Source of the DNA: Bradymonadia bacterium | GTDB taxonomy: Bacteria > Myxococcota_A > Bradymonadia > UBA7976 > UBA1532 | NCBI GenBank assembly: GCA_046290225.1 | Contig: JBKAGE010000075.1 | Span: 128,001 to 192,000 of the forward strand | Direction: 5' to 3' | Length of the DNA stretch: 64,000 nucleotides | In this document: positions 10,001 through 19,521 of the stretch, piece after piece | How positions within the stretch are numbered: position 1 is the first letter of the stretch | Layout of the letters: the number at the start of each line of letters is the position of its first letter | Made by a program: the position numbers and the translations under genes | The notes under the pieces: model-generated | The model's database searches: none | What the model was told of the DNA's origin: nothing | Seen by the model: only the letters and a program-made list of their open reading frames with translations

Positions 10001-13000
10001 GGGATCATAGGAGGAGCGGCCGTCGATGGTGATGGGCTGGAACTCCACCACCAACCCCTCGCCGTCCCGTACGGGTCCGGTGACATAAGGGCCAGCGACC
10101 TGGGCGACGGGAGGCAGATTGTTCACGTTGATGGTGAGGTCGAGTTGGGTGGTGTCTTCGAGGCCACCGCCATCTGTGACCCGCAAGGCGATGGTGCGTA
10201 CACCATCGCCCTGGGCTCGGAAGCTCAACTGCGGCCCTGTGCCATCGTCGAACTGGCCGTCGCCATCGGTGTCCCAGGCCCAGTCGGTGATGACACCTTC
10301 TTCACCAGGGGCGTCCGAGAAGCTCTGGGCACCGCTGAGCTGTACATCGGCCTGACACCCCACCACGGTCTCTGCTGAGGTGATGATCGCCTGTGGGCCT
10401 TCGTAGATTTCCAGGCGCGTGCGGGCTACGGCGGTGGCGCCCAGGCGGTCCACTGCGGTGAGCTCGGTGATCCAGGTGCCGCGCTGGTCGACGCCGAGGG
10501 CGACGAGGGTGGCCCAGTCCACCTCGGCGACGGGATCTTCGACCTCCAGATCGGTCTCGCCGTCTCCATTAAAGTCCCAGAGGTAGCGCACAACGTCGTC
10601 GCCGCAGTCGCCATCGACGTCAAAGGTGCCGCTGGCGTCGAGGAACAAGTCGCTGCCCACCTGCACAGGGTAGGGGCCCCCGGAATCCACCACCGGCGGG
10701 TTGTTGCCCGCGGTGATCGAGAGGGCAAAGCGCGTCTCGGTGACCTCACCGGTGCTGTCTTCCAGACGCAGCCCCACATCGAGGGGGCCGTCGAAGCTGA
10801 AGCTCGAGGCCTGGGCCCAGAAGCGGGCATCGGCGCTGTCGTCATATTCGCCGTCGCCGTCGAGATCCCACGCCCACGAGACCAGATCGATGTCCGGGTG
10901 TCCGTGATCGCTGTCGGCGATGTCGAAGAGGATCCGCGCGTCGGGGCCGCAGGCTGCGGGGTTGGGCTGAACCAGCGCCCGGGACACGGGGCCCACGGGG
11001 TGCAGGGTCACCGAGGTGAGGTCTTCCCCGGGCAGGGCTTGTCGATCACGGACCTGGAGCCTCACCGGATATCGGGCGAGCGGGGTCTCGATGCCGAGAT
11101 CGAACAGCTCGTCGGCGGGGATGATGGTGATGGCCTCAGCACCATCGCCGTCATCGTCGATCCGCTCGATCTCGTAGTCGCCATCGTCGAGGAAGTCCCA
11201 GCGGTAGCGTCGGATGTAGTCGCCCTCGTTGAGTGGGTCGAAGCTGCCCGAGGCGTCCAGCACCAGATCTTCACCGACGAGCACATGGTAACCGGGCTCG
11301 GGGAACGGCTGAGGATCTGCATCAGCGGTGGGTGCTACGGCCTCGATCATCCGACGGATGGTGTAGAGGGTCACCGAGGCGCTGCCCGTAGAGTCGACCA
11401 GCCGCAGGCGTATGTTCAGGTCGGGGATCGAGTTCCGGGTGGGGATGGGCAGCGTAAAGCGCTCGAGGTCGACGATGGCCCCTGCTTCGCCCCCCCCGAT
11501 GATCTCGTAGATGCCATCATCATCGAGATCCCACTGGTAGGAGACGATGTCGATGTCGGGGTTTGGGTGGGCGCTCTGTCGGGCGTCGAGGCTGACGACG
11601 GTGCGACCCGTGATCGTGTCGATGGGCGCGGGATTGGGCCACTGCTCGATGACCGCGACTGGGCCAGTGGGTTGCCGCACCACCCCAAAGGTCGTCTCTG
11701 CCGTGGCACCCTGTCGGTCCGTCACGCGCAGCCTGCCCACGAGGGTGGGCAAATCGGTGCCGAGGGGTGACTCGGGCACGAGGAGCGCCAGAGTGTCGGA
11801 GTCGATGACCATCTCGACGCCGCGGCCATCGAAGAGGCCGTCATAGGCCCCGTCATTGTCGAGATCCCAGGCCCACTCCACGATCTGATCGTCGCACCGC
11901 CGATCAGGGTCGAAGGCGCTGTGCGCCGAGAGCGTGAGGGGTCGATTCGTCTCGCCGATGAAGAGCGCCGCATCGGGGATGGCGATGGGCGGCTGGTTGC
12001 CACCGCCTGCATCCACGGTGAAGAGGGTCTGTCCGGTGAGACCCTGATCGTCGATGACCCGGAGCACCACGGGGATCTGACCGCCCCGGTTGAATCGGTA
12101 CACGAGGACCGGATCACGGGTCTCGCGTTCGAACCCGGGCTCGCCATCGAGGCTCCACTGATAGCGTACGATCTGGTGGGCCGGATCGGGATGGAAGCTC
12201 TCGGAGGCATCGAGCTCAACTTCTACGTCACACAGAGTCGGTGTCGGCGTGGCGTTGAGCACGGCAGAGGGGTTGGGGGCGTAGATCGTGAGGGTGGTCT
12301 GCGCAGCGGTGGCCGCTTCACCATCATTGACGAGCACCCCGATGGGATGGGGGCGGTTGAGGGCAAGACCCTCGAGGAAGGCCTCGTCGAGGACCAGCGA
12401 CATGCCCTCGCCGTCATCGTAGGCGCCATCATCATCGAGATCCCATCTGACAGTCACAGCCTGGCCGCAGGCGATGTTCGGATCCTGGACATGGGCGGTG
12501 AGGGTGACGGCCTCGCCGAGCCCCGCAGTGTAGGGCCCGCCGGCGTCGACCACCGGAGTCTGGTTGTCCAGACCTCTCACCGTCACGGTGCGCGTGATCG
12601 TACTGGAGGCGTCTTGATCGTCTCTCACCCTCAAGGTGGCGGTGTAGACACCCTGCTGCACATAGCGGTGGGTGAAGATGCTCGAGGCGTTGTCACTGGT
12701 GAAGTCCGGCGCCACCCCGGTTTCCCACCAGAGGCCGTCGCTGTCGTCCACATCCCAGTCCCAGCCCACGAGGCGCCGCTCTCCGCCGCTGACGAAGCTC
12801 TCGTTGTGGCTGAACCTGACCATGCCATCCGTGGGGCCCGCACAGCCTTCGTTCACCACCTCGGGCACTGGGGCACCAGAGGCCACGGGGCCGAGCTCGA
12901 CGAGTTCGGGTACGAGCAGCTCGGAGGCCCACGCAGAGGTGATGGGGGGGCCCGCCAGATCACAGGTGATCGAGGCGCCGTCGCAGAACAAGTCAGTGGT

Positions 13001-14890
13001 CTCGCCGAAGAGCGCGAGCTCGAAGATGTTCCGGCTCTGGGCCCGCACTTGATAGACGTCGAAGTCCTGGCGCCAGTCGTTCACCCCGACGAGGTCGATG
13101 GGGGGATCAAAGGTGCTCAGGGCGTGCTGGTGAGCCAGCATGGCGTAGGTGTTTCCGCAGCGTGCGGCGACATTGTAGGACCGCTGAATATCGCCACAGG
13201 TGGGATCACCGGCGGACCACAGCCGGCTCACTTCACCCTGGGCGCCGCGGCCGCTCGTATCACGCCAACCCTGGGCGTCATAGGCGAGCAGTCGAGCATA
13301 CATCTCCCTCAGCTCGTCTGCGGTGGCGGTGCTGTAGGTAAAGCCCTGACCGGCAAAGGGTTGATCATCACCAGGGGCCAGCGTGTGCAGCCCCAGCCAC
13401 CGAGCCCCCAACAGGGCGACGGCGGTCATCTGATGGCTGCTCTCACCGGCGCCGCTGATCTCGATGGTGCGACGGGCGCCGCCATCGGTGGCCTCGGTGG
13501 ATCGAAGGGTGCCACCTACTGCGCCGAGCTGGTTGGCCCGAAGGTAGTCAGCGAGCCGGTATTTGACGCGGTTGTTCACTACGAGGGTGGCCTGCCCCTC
13601 GCCGACGCTGGCCTGAGCCTCGGCGCTGCTCAGGGCGATGATGGCCCAGTGACCGGCGAAGAGATCGGCCACTTCGCACCCCGCGGCGCCATCTGCAGGG
13701 GTGAGGGCGGCGGCCCAGCCGCCGGCGCCACAGCCTACGTCGAGCTGTGCCGAGGCGAGCAGGTCGATCATCTGCTGCGCGAGCCAGCGCCACGATTGAC
13801 CCCTGATGCCTTCTGGGCCCACCTGAATCGGAACGTCACCGAGGGTGGGCAGCACCGAGATCACCGCGGAGAGGGCCGTGGCATGGCTGAACAGGTCGAG
13901 CTGATCCCGGGCGGCGCCGATCCAGACCCCACGGCCATCGTCCGTACCCTCAATGGGGGCACACGTCAGCTCATTGCCGCTCTCGTCGATGCCGCAGGTG
14001 TTGATCTCGTCTGCGATGTTGACCGCTTCGAACCCTGCCCCAGAGAGGATCAGGGTGTGGAGCAGGCGCAGCTGGGTCTCGGCGAGCGGATCCGCCGCCC
14101 AGCGGGCGTCATTGTCGAGCTTCCAGGGGCCATCGAGGACGACCCCCTCGGGGTTGAACAGCTCCGCGTCGGGGGGAAACGCCGGCTGGTGCCCGCCGAG
14201 ACTCATGGACTTGATGGTGGCGGCGGCGGTCACCGCTTCTCGATGGGCGCCGCCGGGGTGCACGATGCGCGTGCTCATCTGGGGCCCGGGTGGCGTGCGG
14301 CCCTGAGACGCGGCGAGGTGCCGGCTCCAGAGGGCTTCACGGGCAGCGATCTGCCGCATCACTCGTCGTTGCTCGGCGGTCCATCGAGCGGGATCCCCAT
14401 CTGGCTCCCAATCGCGCACGAGGAACGCGTGGGTGCCGTAGGCCACCGCCCGATCGTCGCAGGTGCTCGTCACCTGAACGGTGTAGGCCACCACCTCGTC
14501 GCCTTGAACACGGGGCAACTGGTGGGTCTGGCTCAGGCTGTACACCGTCTGACCCTCGAGGGGCTCGGCGCCGCGGAGGAGCTGCTGATCGTCAGAAAAC
14601 AGGCCATTTCGGTCGATGTCCCACCGCACCTCGTACCCTGTGGGACAGACTGCATCACGGAGGATGGCCTTGAGGGTCACCGGGGCCAGCTCGTGGCCCG
14701 GATGAGGCAGATCGGGCTGAGCGCTGCTGTATGGAGCGACGATCACCGTAGGCGGTGGCTCGGGCGGATCCTCTTCGCCTTCTTCCTGGGCGAAGGCCGT
14801 GTTGCCCAGCCCCAAGACGAGGCTGGCGGTGGCAAGTAGAAGGGCCCTCGGTGAAGGGACCATGGTCGAGAGCGTAAAACGCGGAGACAT
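7028..14890 (-). CDS. Giant secreted PKD-repeat protein (~2620 aa) with N-terminal prenyltransferase-like helical domain
   Basis: Start moved to ATG 14890 (GGGGGAG upstream; signal peptide ending AFA follows). Many WDLDxDGxxDD-containing PKD repeats; helical C-terminus with Cys. Confidence 0.85.
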   Translation of the reverse strand: MSPRFTLSTMVPSPRALLLATASLVLGLGNTAFAQEEGEEDPPEPPPTVIVAPYSSAQPDLPHPGHELAPVTLKAILRDAVCPTGYEVRWDIDRNGLFSDDQQLLRGAEPLEGQTVYSLSQTHQLPRVQGDEVVAYTVQVTSTCDDRAVAYGTHAFLVRDWEPDGDPARWTAEQRRVMRQIAAREALWSRHLAASQGRTPPGPQMSTRIVHPGGAHREAVTAAATIKSMSLGGHQPAFPPDAELFNPEGVVLDGPWKLDNDARWAADPLAETQLRLLHTLILSGAGFEAVNIADEINTCGIDESGNELTCAPIEGTDDGRGVWIGAARDQLDLFSHATALSAVISVLPTLGDVPIQVGPEGIRGQSWRWLAQQMIDLLASAQLDVGCGAGGWAAALTPADGAAGCEVADLFAGHWAIIALSSAEAQASVGEGQATLVVNNRVKYRLADYLRANQLGAVGGTLRSTEATDGGARRTIEISGAGESSHQMTAVALLGARWLGLHTLAPGDDQPFAGQGFTYSTATADELREMYARLLAYDAQGWRDTSGRGAQGEVSRLWSAGDPTCGDIQRSYNVAARCGNTYAMLAHQHALSTFDPPIDLVGVNDWRQDFDVYQVRAQSRNIFELALFGETTDLFCDGASITCDLAGPPITSAWASELLVPELVELGPVASGAPVPEVVNEGCAGPTDGMVRFSHNESFVSGGERRLVGWDWDVDDSDGLWWETGVAPDFTSDNASSIFTHRYVQQGVYTATLRVRDDQDASSTITRTVTVRGLDNQTPVVDAGGPYTAGLGEAVTLTAHVQDPNIACGQAVTVRWDLDDDGAYDDGEGMSLVLDEAFLEGLALNRPHPIGVLVNDGEAATAAQTTLTIYAPNPSAVLNATPTPTLCDVEVELDASESFHPDPAHQIVRYQWSLDGEPGFERETRDPVLVYRFNRGGQIPVVLRVIDDQGLTGQTLFTVDAGGGNQPPIAIPDAALFIGETNRPLTLSAHSAFDPDRRCDDQIVEWAWDLDNDGAYDGLFDGRGVEMVIDSDTLALLVPESPLGTDLPTLVGRLRVTDRQGATAETTFGVVRQPTGPVAVIEQWPNPAPIDTITGRTVVSLDARQSAHPNPDIDIVSYQWDLDDDGIYEIIGGGEAGAIVDLERFTLPIPTRNSIPDLNIRLRLVDSTGSASVTLYTIRRMIEAVAPTADADPQPFPEPGYHVLVGEDLVLDASGSFDPLNEGDYIRRYRWDFLDDGDYEIERIDDDGDGAEAITIIPADELFDLGIETPLARYPVRLQVRDRQALPGEDLTSVTLHPVGPVSRALVQPNPAACGPDARILFDIADSDHGHPDIDLVSWAWDLDGDGEYDDSADARFWAQASSFSFDGPLDVGLRLEDSTGEVTETRFALSITAGNNPPVVDSGGPYPVQVGSDLFLDASGTFDVDGDCGDDVVRYLWDFNGDGETDLEVEDPVAEVDWATLVALGVDQRGTWITELTAVDRLGATAVARTRLEIYEGPQAIITSAETVVGCQADVQLSGAQSFSDAPGEEGVITDWAWDTDGDGQFDDGTGPQLSFRAQGDGVRTIALRVTDGGGLEDTTQLDLTINVNNLPPVAQVAGPYVTGPVRDGEGLVVEFQPITIDGRSSYDPNAPCDEIVAWAWDTDGDGQFGADDANGAPGQLGSDYTGPVIEDYVNPNWLPGTSQVVFLRVQDARGVNSAPTPVVIQVRDSVPPQGVLLSPSADETQCIGIEGLTIEYAISDADGDALLLTVLVDGEILGEPQLVDVPENGDLLEGDVTFAPEAVDEGLHHVAFVVDDGGGQPLTLDAGTLLFDRTAPQIAASALPVEGGCYPLGTPGAELEVYDALDPFPTLSRTQTEGACTRSQRLVATDTCGNTSEFVRTWQVGINPRLTLDAPSEGVLSGSTSITWDHETPADCRLDEPTVTLARQGGGVQVYTEGSLIDQPGVYRLDALTRNCIGEAFVSQREFSINGPPQVMGTLHHTVVEGEPLLLDMSGSTPPEVGDVVAEYRWDLDGDGDYELIQAAGVPVEADAALLGTLAGQINFPTDQVGVFRPQIQVIDGFGASTNVALTISVVDAAPQPATTGPYSIVEGQALAVDGRPSQPGSPLDGLTGYVWRWGDGTPDTSGIIATHTYTRDGVFTAELTVIDQDSRASIQVPVRVVDAPPVIVELSGPAEPFASAPQRFSVSAQPGVVSDPLQAYSWDFGDGTQVRGADLFEVEHTFDAPGTYTITATVHDTDSETRGTLVIDVRAPSLLEALEQIERSWADRVEASPPAAANTLDGARSSLDRALWFAQRDVTGSALNAAGALVQALSFAAGQGATVDDWMWLLLTQTLKETEALNAIVAELDLIDERERLAAEPVLVEARAQMADPTLRETIAIGRLAWRANDVWLQIFAAYDLLARQQSPCLGGVNNRYLIPPPGFQGIDFQVNLVADRVTESFATLAFEIQQVLDLGNALPGRAALSKALLRIREAQLALGEPGGIECQGPCMSDALALEIRLDLMDASIALSEARLSGLYDGPWQTCLANTLRFRENVWTQRLSEVCGAEDQWAADAEVRFDITEQLLDFDFDLYSALDHSRDQAGRCLALRGYNRCFARVGGADPVDLPPICGEAR

Positions 14891-15175
14891 CACTCCCCCG
14901 TGCACAGGTGGGTCGATGCGGTGGCCAGACGGGGACAGAAAACCATCTGGTGGCGCCTGCTCAAAAAAAGAGGCACCTCTGCCAGAGGGATATCGGCCAC
15001 ATCGCGTGGGGGCCCGAGTGCCAGATTCGGTGCTGGACATTACCGTGGCCTGCGAGGGTCAATCAAGCTGCCAGGCCCCTCGACCGATGGAGGGAGAGCG
15101 CATCGTAAATCACCTGCGGTCGCGACATTGAAACCAGGCGGGGTCATCTCGTAGAGTCAGCCTCAAGCCTGGGCC

Positions 15176-18100
15176 TTGGCGGACCAGCGCCTCAAGACGG
15201 AGGAACGTCTCTTGAAGTGGGAACGGCTGTCGTTCAAGCGGAGTCTCTGGCTCCCCAGCCTCGTGATCGCAGCGCTCGTTGTCGGGTGTGACGATGAGCC
15301 CCAGGATACTGGTCCACAGGCTGGTGCGGGTGGCGCGGGCAACCAGGGCGGCGCCGCGGGCGCTGGCAACGCCGGTGGCGCAGGTGGCGCAGGGAACGAA
15401 GGCGGCGCTGGGGGCGAGATGACCCCGGATGTCGGCATGGGCGGTGACGGCGGCATGGGCGGCGCGGGCGGTGCCCCACCCAATCTGTGCGAGCCCAACC
15501 CGTGCACCGGCGATCAGGTGTGCGATCCCACTACGGGGGCCTGCCTCGAGCCCGCCATGTGCGATTCCGACGACGACTGCCTCGAGGGTCGCATCTGCGA
15601 GGCGCCAAGCTGCGTGCCGGGCTGCGGATCCGACGAAGAGTGCGTCGGCACCGCCGCCGGTGACTTCTGCAACCCCGACACCAACCGGTGTATGACCTGC
15701 TTCCTCGACGAGCACTGTCCGGGCTTGCAGCTGTGCGATGTGGAGAGCGCCGCCTGCATCGAGGCCAACGTTTGTCGTTCTGGCGTGGATTGCCTCGGTG
15801 ACCGCGTGTGTGTCGATGGCGCCTGCGCCGACGGCTTTGACTGCGCTCGAGATGGCTGCCCCGACGGTCGTGTTTGTGTGAACGCCGAGTGCATCCTGCC
15901 CCCTGACGGCACGTGTCAGAACAACGACCAGTGCCCCTTTGGCCAGATCTGCAACGTCGACACCTGTGAACCGTGCAGCGCCGACGAGCAGTGCCCTGGC
16001 AACCAGGTCTGCGTCGAGGGCCCAGAGGGTCCTGTGTGCGGCGAGCCGCTGGCCTGTGTGAACGATGACGATTGCGTGGGTCTGCGTACCTGCGTGGAGA
16101 ACGAGTGCGTCGCCGCCATCTGTGACGACGGCGACGATGCTTTCGAGCCCAACAACGCCCTCGCCACCCCTCAGGTCCTCATGGGGGCCCAGAGCTGGCC
16201 CGATCTGCTGAGCTGCGATCCCGACTGGTACCAGATCGACGTGCCCGCCGACGCCCAGCTCACGGTGAGCATTCGCCAGGCCGACGCCGCGGGCGATCTC
16301 GATCTGTTCCTCGTCAATGGCGATGGCCGAACCCTGGGCAGCTCCGAGACTCTGCAGCTTCTGGAGTCAGTCACCGTGGGGCCCTTCGAGGGCGGTGCGG
16401 TGACGTCTGTCTACGTGGAGGTGCGCCCCGAAGAGCTGGTGAACCCCGTGCGGTACACCCTCGAGGTGGAGATCATCGAAGGGGGTGACGTCTGCATCGA
16501 CGATGCCGGTGAAGATGGTGTGGGCGACGACACCGTTGAGACCGCTCAGGTGCTCCGGGCCGAAGGCGAGCAGGAGGTCGACGGCCTCGTGAACGGCCGG
16601 CTGTGCCCCATGGACGACGACTACTACAGCATTCATCTGACTGCCGGTGAGCGCTTCGCCATCGACGCTGAGATCGACATCAACGATCTCACCCTCGAGG
16701 TGACCCTCATCCCCCCTGTAGGTCCCGAGCAGACCACGCGCTATGGCCGCGGCATCGTGCCTGAGCCCATCGACATCTTCCCCATCAACGCCACGGGGGA
16801 GTACATCCTCCGGGCTCGGGCCGTGGACGGGGCTGGTGATTACCGCCTCGTCATCACTGCCATCGATGCCGATCTGCAGCGCATCTGTGATGACGCCCGC
16901 GACGCGCTCCCCATCTCCCTCGCTGGTGGGGTGGGTCAGGTCATCGATCGTTTGCCAGCCCCCGTGGCCGGCCAGCCTCAGGGGAACAACGAGCTCAACG
17001 TCATGACGGCCACCTGCGCCCCCCCGGGAGAGGGCAGCGAGGCTGTGTACGTGATCAACGTCGACCAGCCCCAGCTGCTCATGGCCAGGGTCACTGGTCT
17101 TGGGACCGGCACCCTCGGTGATCCGCTGGTGAGCGTGCGCTCGGTGTGTGAGCAGGCGGCCTCCGAGCTGGCCTGCAACGACGATGTGCCCTCGCCCCTG
17201 TTCCCCATGCTCTACAGCATCAACCCTGCAGAGCTGCGGGTGCCCCTTGACCGGGCGGGCCAGTACTACGTCATCGTCGAAGGGGTCGACGGAGGTGATC
17301 AGCGGGACTTCCAGCTCGATCTCGAGAGTCGCCAGCTGGGCGCCGCCCCGCCGAACGACAGCTGCCTCGAGGCCGAGAACCTCGTCTTCATGGACGGAGA
17401 GGCCAGCACTACAGTGCTCCTCGATCAGGCAGAGGACGATCACGAGGGCAGCTGCATCGGCATCGGCGGCCCCGACGCTGTGTATCGACTCAACCTCGAG
17501 CAGCCCGCCTCCGTGCGGGTGAGCCTCGACGCCGATTTCGCCGTCGGCGCGTGGATCAGCCCGGTGTGTGGCGACGCTGAGATCGAGGCCGCCTGTGGTG
17601 TGGGCCTCGACGTGGCGCTGCTCCCTGCAGGGGAATACTTCCTCGGCATCGAGGGGGCGTCGGCGACGAGCCGTGGTCGGGTGCGAGTGCAGGTGCAGGT
17701 GGATGAGGCCCGTACAGATCAGCTGAACGAGACGTGCGACGGCGCTCTGGCCCTCGATCCTGCTGGTGGTGAGATCAACGGCGACACCCGTGCTGCTGAA
17801 GATGATCACCGCCTCGGCGAAGACAACGTGTGCACAGGTCACGACACCCGCGGTGGCGATCTGGCGTACGCTCTTTCGGTGCCCAACGGCGAGCGCGTTC
17901 GGGTGGAGGTGAACCCCATCGGTGGCTGGGATGCATCGCTCTATGTCACCTCAGCCTGTGGAGATCTCCTGGGCAACTGCATCGCTGGAAGCGATGGTGC
18001 CCTCTCGGAGCGGGTGGTGATCACCGCCAACGGCGCCGAGGGTGGCAGCAGCGACTTCAACATCATCGTCGACGGCACCCAGGGCGAGCGAGGGCCCTTT

Positions 18101-18187
18101 ACCCTCAGCTGGGGCCCTGTGGAGTGTCTCGCGGACAACGAGTGCCCCGCCGGTCGCTGTGTTGATGATCGATGTGTGAACGACTGA
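15176..18187 (+). CDS. Cys-rich repeat lipoprotein with PPC-like domains
   Basis: Lipobox LVVG-CDD, Gly-rich linker, CxxDxxC repeats, DAFEPNN, DPDWY, DDDYY and PPNDSC motifs. The exact start (TTG) is uncertain. Confidence 0.85.
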   Translation: MADQRLKTEERLLKWERLSFKRSLWLPSLVIAALVVGCDDEPQDTGPQAGAGGAGNQGGAAGAGNAGGAGGAGNEGGAGGEMTPDVGMGGDGGMGGAGGAPPNLCEPNPCTGDQVCDPTTGACLEPAMCDSDDDCLEGRICEAPSCVPGCGSDEECVGTAAGDFCNPDTNRCMTCFLDEHCPGLQLCDVESAACIEANVCRSGVDCLGDRVCVDGACADGFDCARDGCPDGRVCVNAECILPPDGTCQNNDQCPFGQICNVDTCEPCSADEQCPGNQVCVEGPEGPVCGEPLACVNDDDCVGLRTCVENECVAAICDDGDDAFEPNNALATPQVLMGAQSWPDLLSCDPDWYQIDVPADAQLTVSIRQADAAGDLDLFLVNGDGRTLGSSETLQLLESVTVGPFEGGAVTSVYVEVRPEELVNPVRYTLEVEIIEGGDVCIDDAGEDGVGDDTVETAQVLRAEGEQEVDGLVNGRLCPMDDDYYSIHLTAGERFAIDAEIDINDLTLEVTLIPPVGPEQTTRYGRGIVPEPIDIFPINATGEYILRARAVDGAGDYRLVITAIDADLQRICDDARDALPISLAGGVGQVIDRLPAPVAGQPQGNNELNVMTATCAPPGEGSEAVYVINVDQPQLLMARVTGLGTGTLGDPLVSVRSVCEQAASELACNDDVPSPLFPMLYSINPAELRVPLDRAGQYYVIVEGVDGGDQRDFQLDLESRQLGAAPPNDSCLEAENLVFMDGEASTTVLLDQAEDDHEGSCIGIGGPDAVYRLNLEQPASVRVSLDADFAVGAWISPVCGDAEIEAACGVGLDVALLPAGEYFLGIEGASATSRGRVRVQVQVDEARTDQLNETCDGALALDPAGGEINGDTRAAEDDHRLGEDNVCTGHDTRGGDLAYALSVPNGERVRVEVNPIGGWDASLYVTSACGDLLGNCIAGSDGALSERVVITANGAEGGSSDFNIIVDGTQGERGPFTLSWGPVECLADNECPAGRCVDDRCVND

Positions 18188-18242
18188 GGTCATACACGGC
18201 ACTGATGATGTGCCGTCAGGACCACGAACCCCTGGGAGTCGA

Positions 18243-19433
18243 ATGACTGACGCGCCGTCGCCCGCCCCTGAGGCCGGACCCCTCGACGTCGGAGCGCTGA
18301 GGCCTCACTACAGCGCCTTTCTCACCCCTGGCCGAGTGCTGCTCACCGGCCATTCTCATCAAGCGTGGCCCGACGTGGCCCGAGCGGGCATGCTCGAGGC
18401 CTTCGAAGATGCTGCGGCCCACGTGGACGACAAATGGTCCCGGGCGCTGGCCTGCGCAGATGACATCAGAGCCTCGCTGGCATCGAACCTCGGCGCCCGG
18501 CCGGAAGAGTTTGCTCTGGGGGCCAACACCCACGAGCTGATCGCCCGATGTCTCTCCACTCTCCCAGAAGGGCGTCGTCGACACCTCGTCACCACCGATG
18601 GGGAGTTTCACAGCATCACGCGTCAACTGCGGCGGCTCGCCGAAGAAGGGGTGGAGATCACCTGGGTGCCCGCGCAGCCCGTGGACACCCTCGCAGAGCG
18701 GCTCGCCTCGGAGATCCGGCCAGATACCGGCGCGGTGATGGTGTCCACGGTGCTCTTCGGCACGGGCCACGCCGTGCCTCATCTCCGAGCCTGTGTCGAC
18801 GCTGCGCATCGCCACGGGGCGCGGATCATCCTCGATGCCTATCACGCGTATGGGGTGAGGCCCTTTGCCCTGAGTGATTTCGGGCCTGATCCGATCTACA
18901 TGGTGGGTGGTGGCTACAAGTATGTGCAGTGGGGCGAAGGTGTGTGCTGGTTGCGGACCCCCGCTGGATGCACGGACCGGCCGGTCTACACCGGGTGGTT
19001 TGCAGAGTTTGCCCAGCTCGATGCCCCCCGCCACCCCGGCGAGGTGTTGTACGGCGGGGGCGGGGCGGGCCGGTATGCCGGCAGCACCTATGATCCCGTG
19101 AGTCACTACCGTGCACGAGCGGTCATCCGCTTTTTCGAATCGCAGGGCATGACTCCGAAACGATTGCAGGCGCTCTACAGCCGCCAGACCCAGCGCATCA
19201 TCGACGGCCTGCCCCCTCAGTGGACGCTCTTGTCGCCTCGCGAGGCGAGCCGACGAGGCGGCTTCGTGTCGGTGCGCCATCCGAAGGCTGCCGAAGTGGT
19301 GACCCATTTGAGGGGGTTGGGCATTTACACCGATGCCCGGGGAGAGCGATTACGGTTGGGCCCGGCGCCGTACATCCTCGACGACGAGATCGATCAAGCC
19401 CTGGCGGCGCTCCGCGCCCCCGAGCTTCAGTGA
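18243..19433 (+). CDS. kynU: Kynureninase-like PLP-dependent class V aminotransferase-fold enzyme
   Basis: LTGHSHQ, DAYH, GGGYKY (PLP lysine), TGWFA, RGGFV and LRLGPAPY motifs. ATG at 18243 follows GGGAG. Confidence 0.75.
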   Translation: MTDAPSPAPEAGPLDVGALRPHYSAFLTPGRVLLTGHSHQAWPDVARAGMLEAFEDAAAHVDDKWSRALACADDIRASLASNLGARPEEFALGANTHELIARCLSTLPEGRRRHLVTTDGEFHSITRQLRRLAEEGVEITWVPAQPVDTLAERLASEIRPDTGAVMVSTVLFGTGHAVPHLRACVDAAHRHGARIILDAYHAYGVRPFALSDFGPDPIYMVGGGYKYVQWGEGVCWLRTPAGCTDRPVYTGWFAEFAQLDAPRHPGEVLYGGGGAGRYAGSTYDPVSHYRARAVIRFFESQGMTPKRLQALYSRQTQRIIDGLPPQWTLLSPREASRRGGFVSVRHPKAAEVVTHLRGLGIYTDARGERLRLGPAPYILDDEIDQALAALRAPELQ

Positions 19434-19521
19434 CTGGAGCGCGCCTCGCCCCCCGGTGAGGTTGTGCTAATGTCTCTTTATGACACACTGCGCCCACGTT
19501 CGGCTCTGAGGAGGCTGGCTC

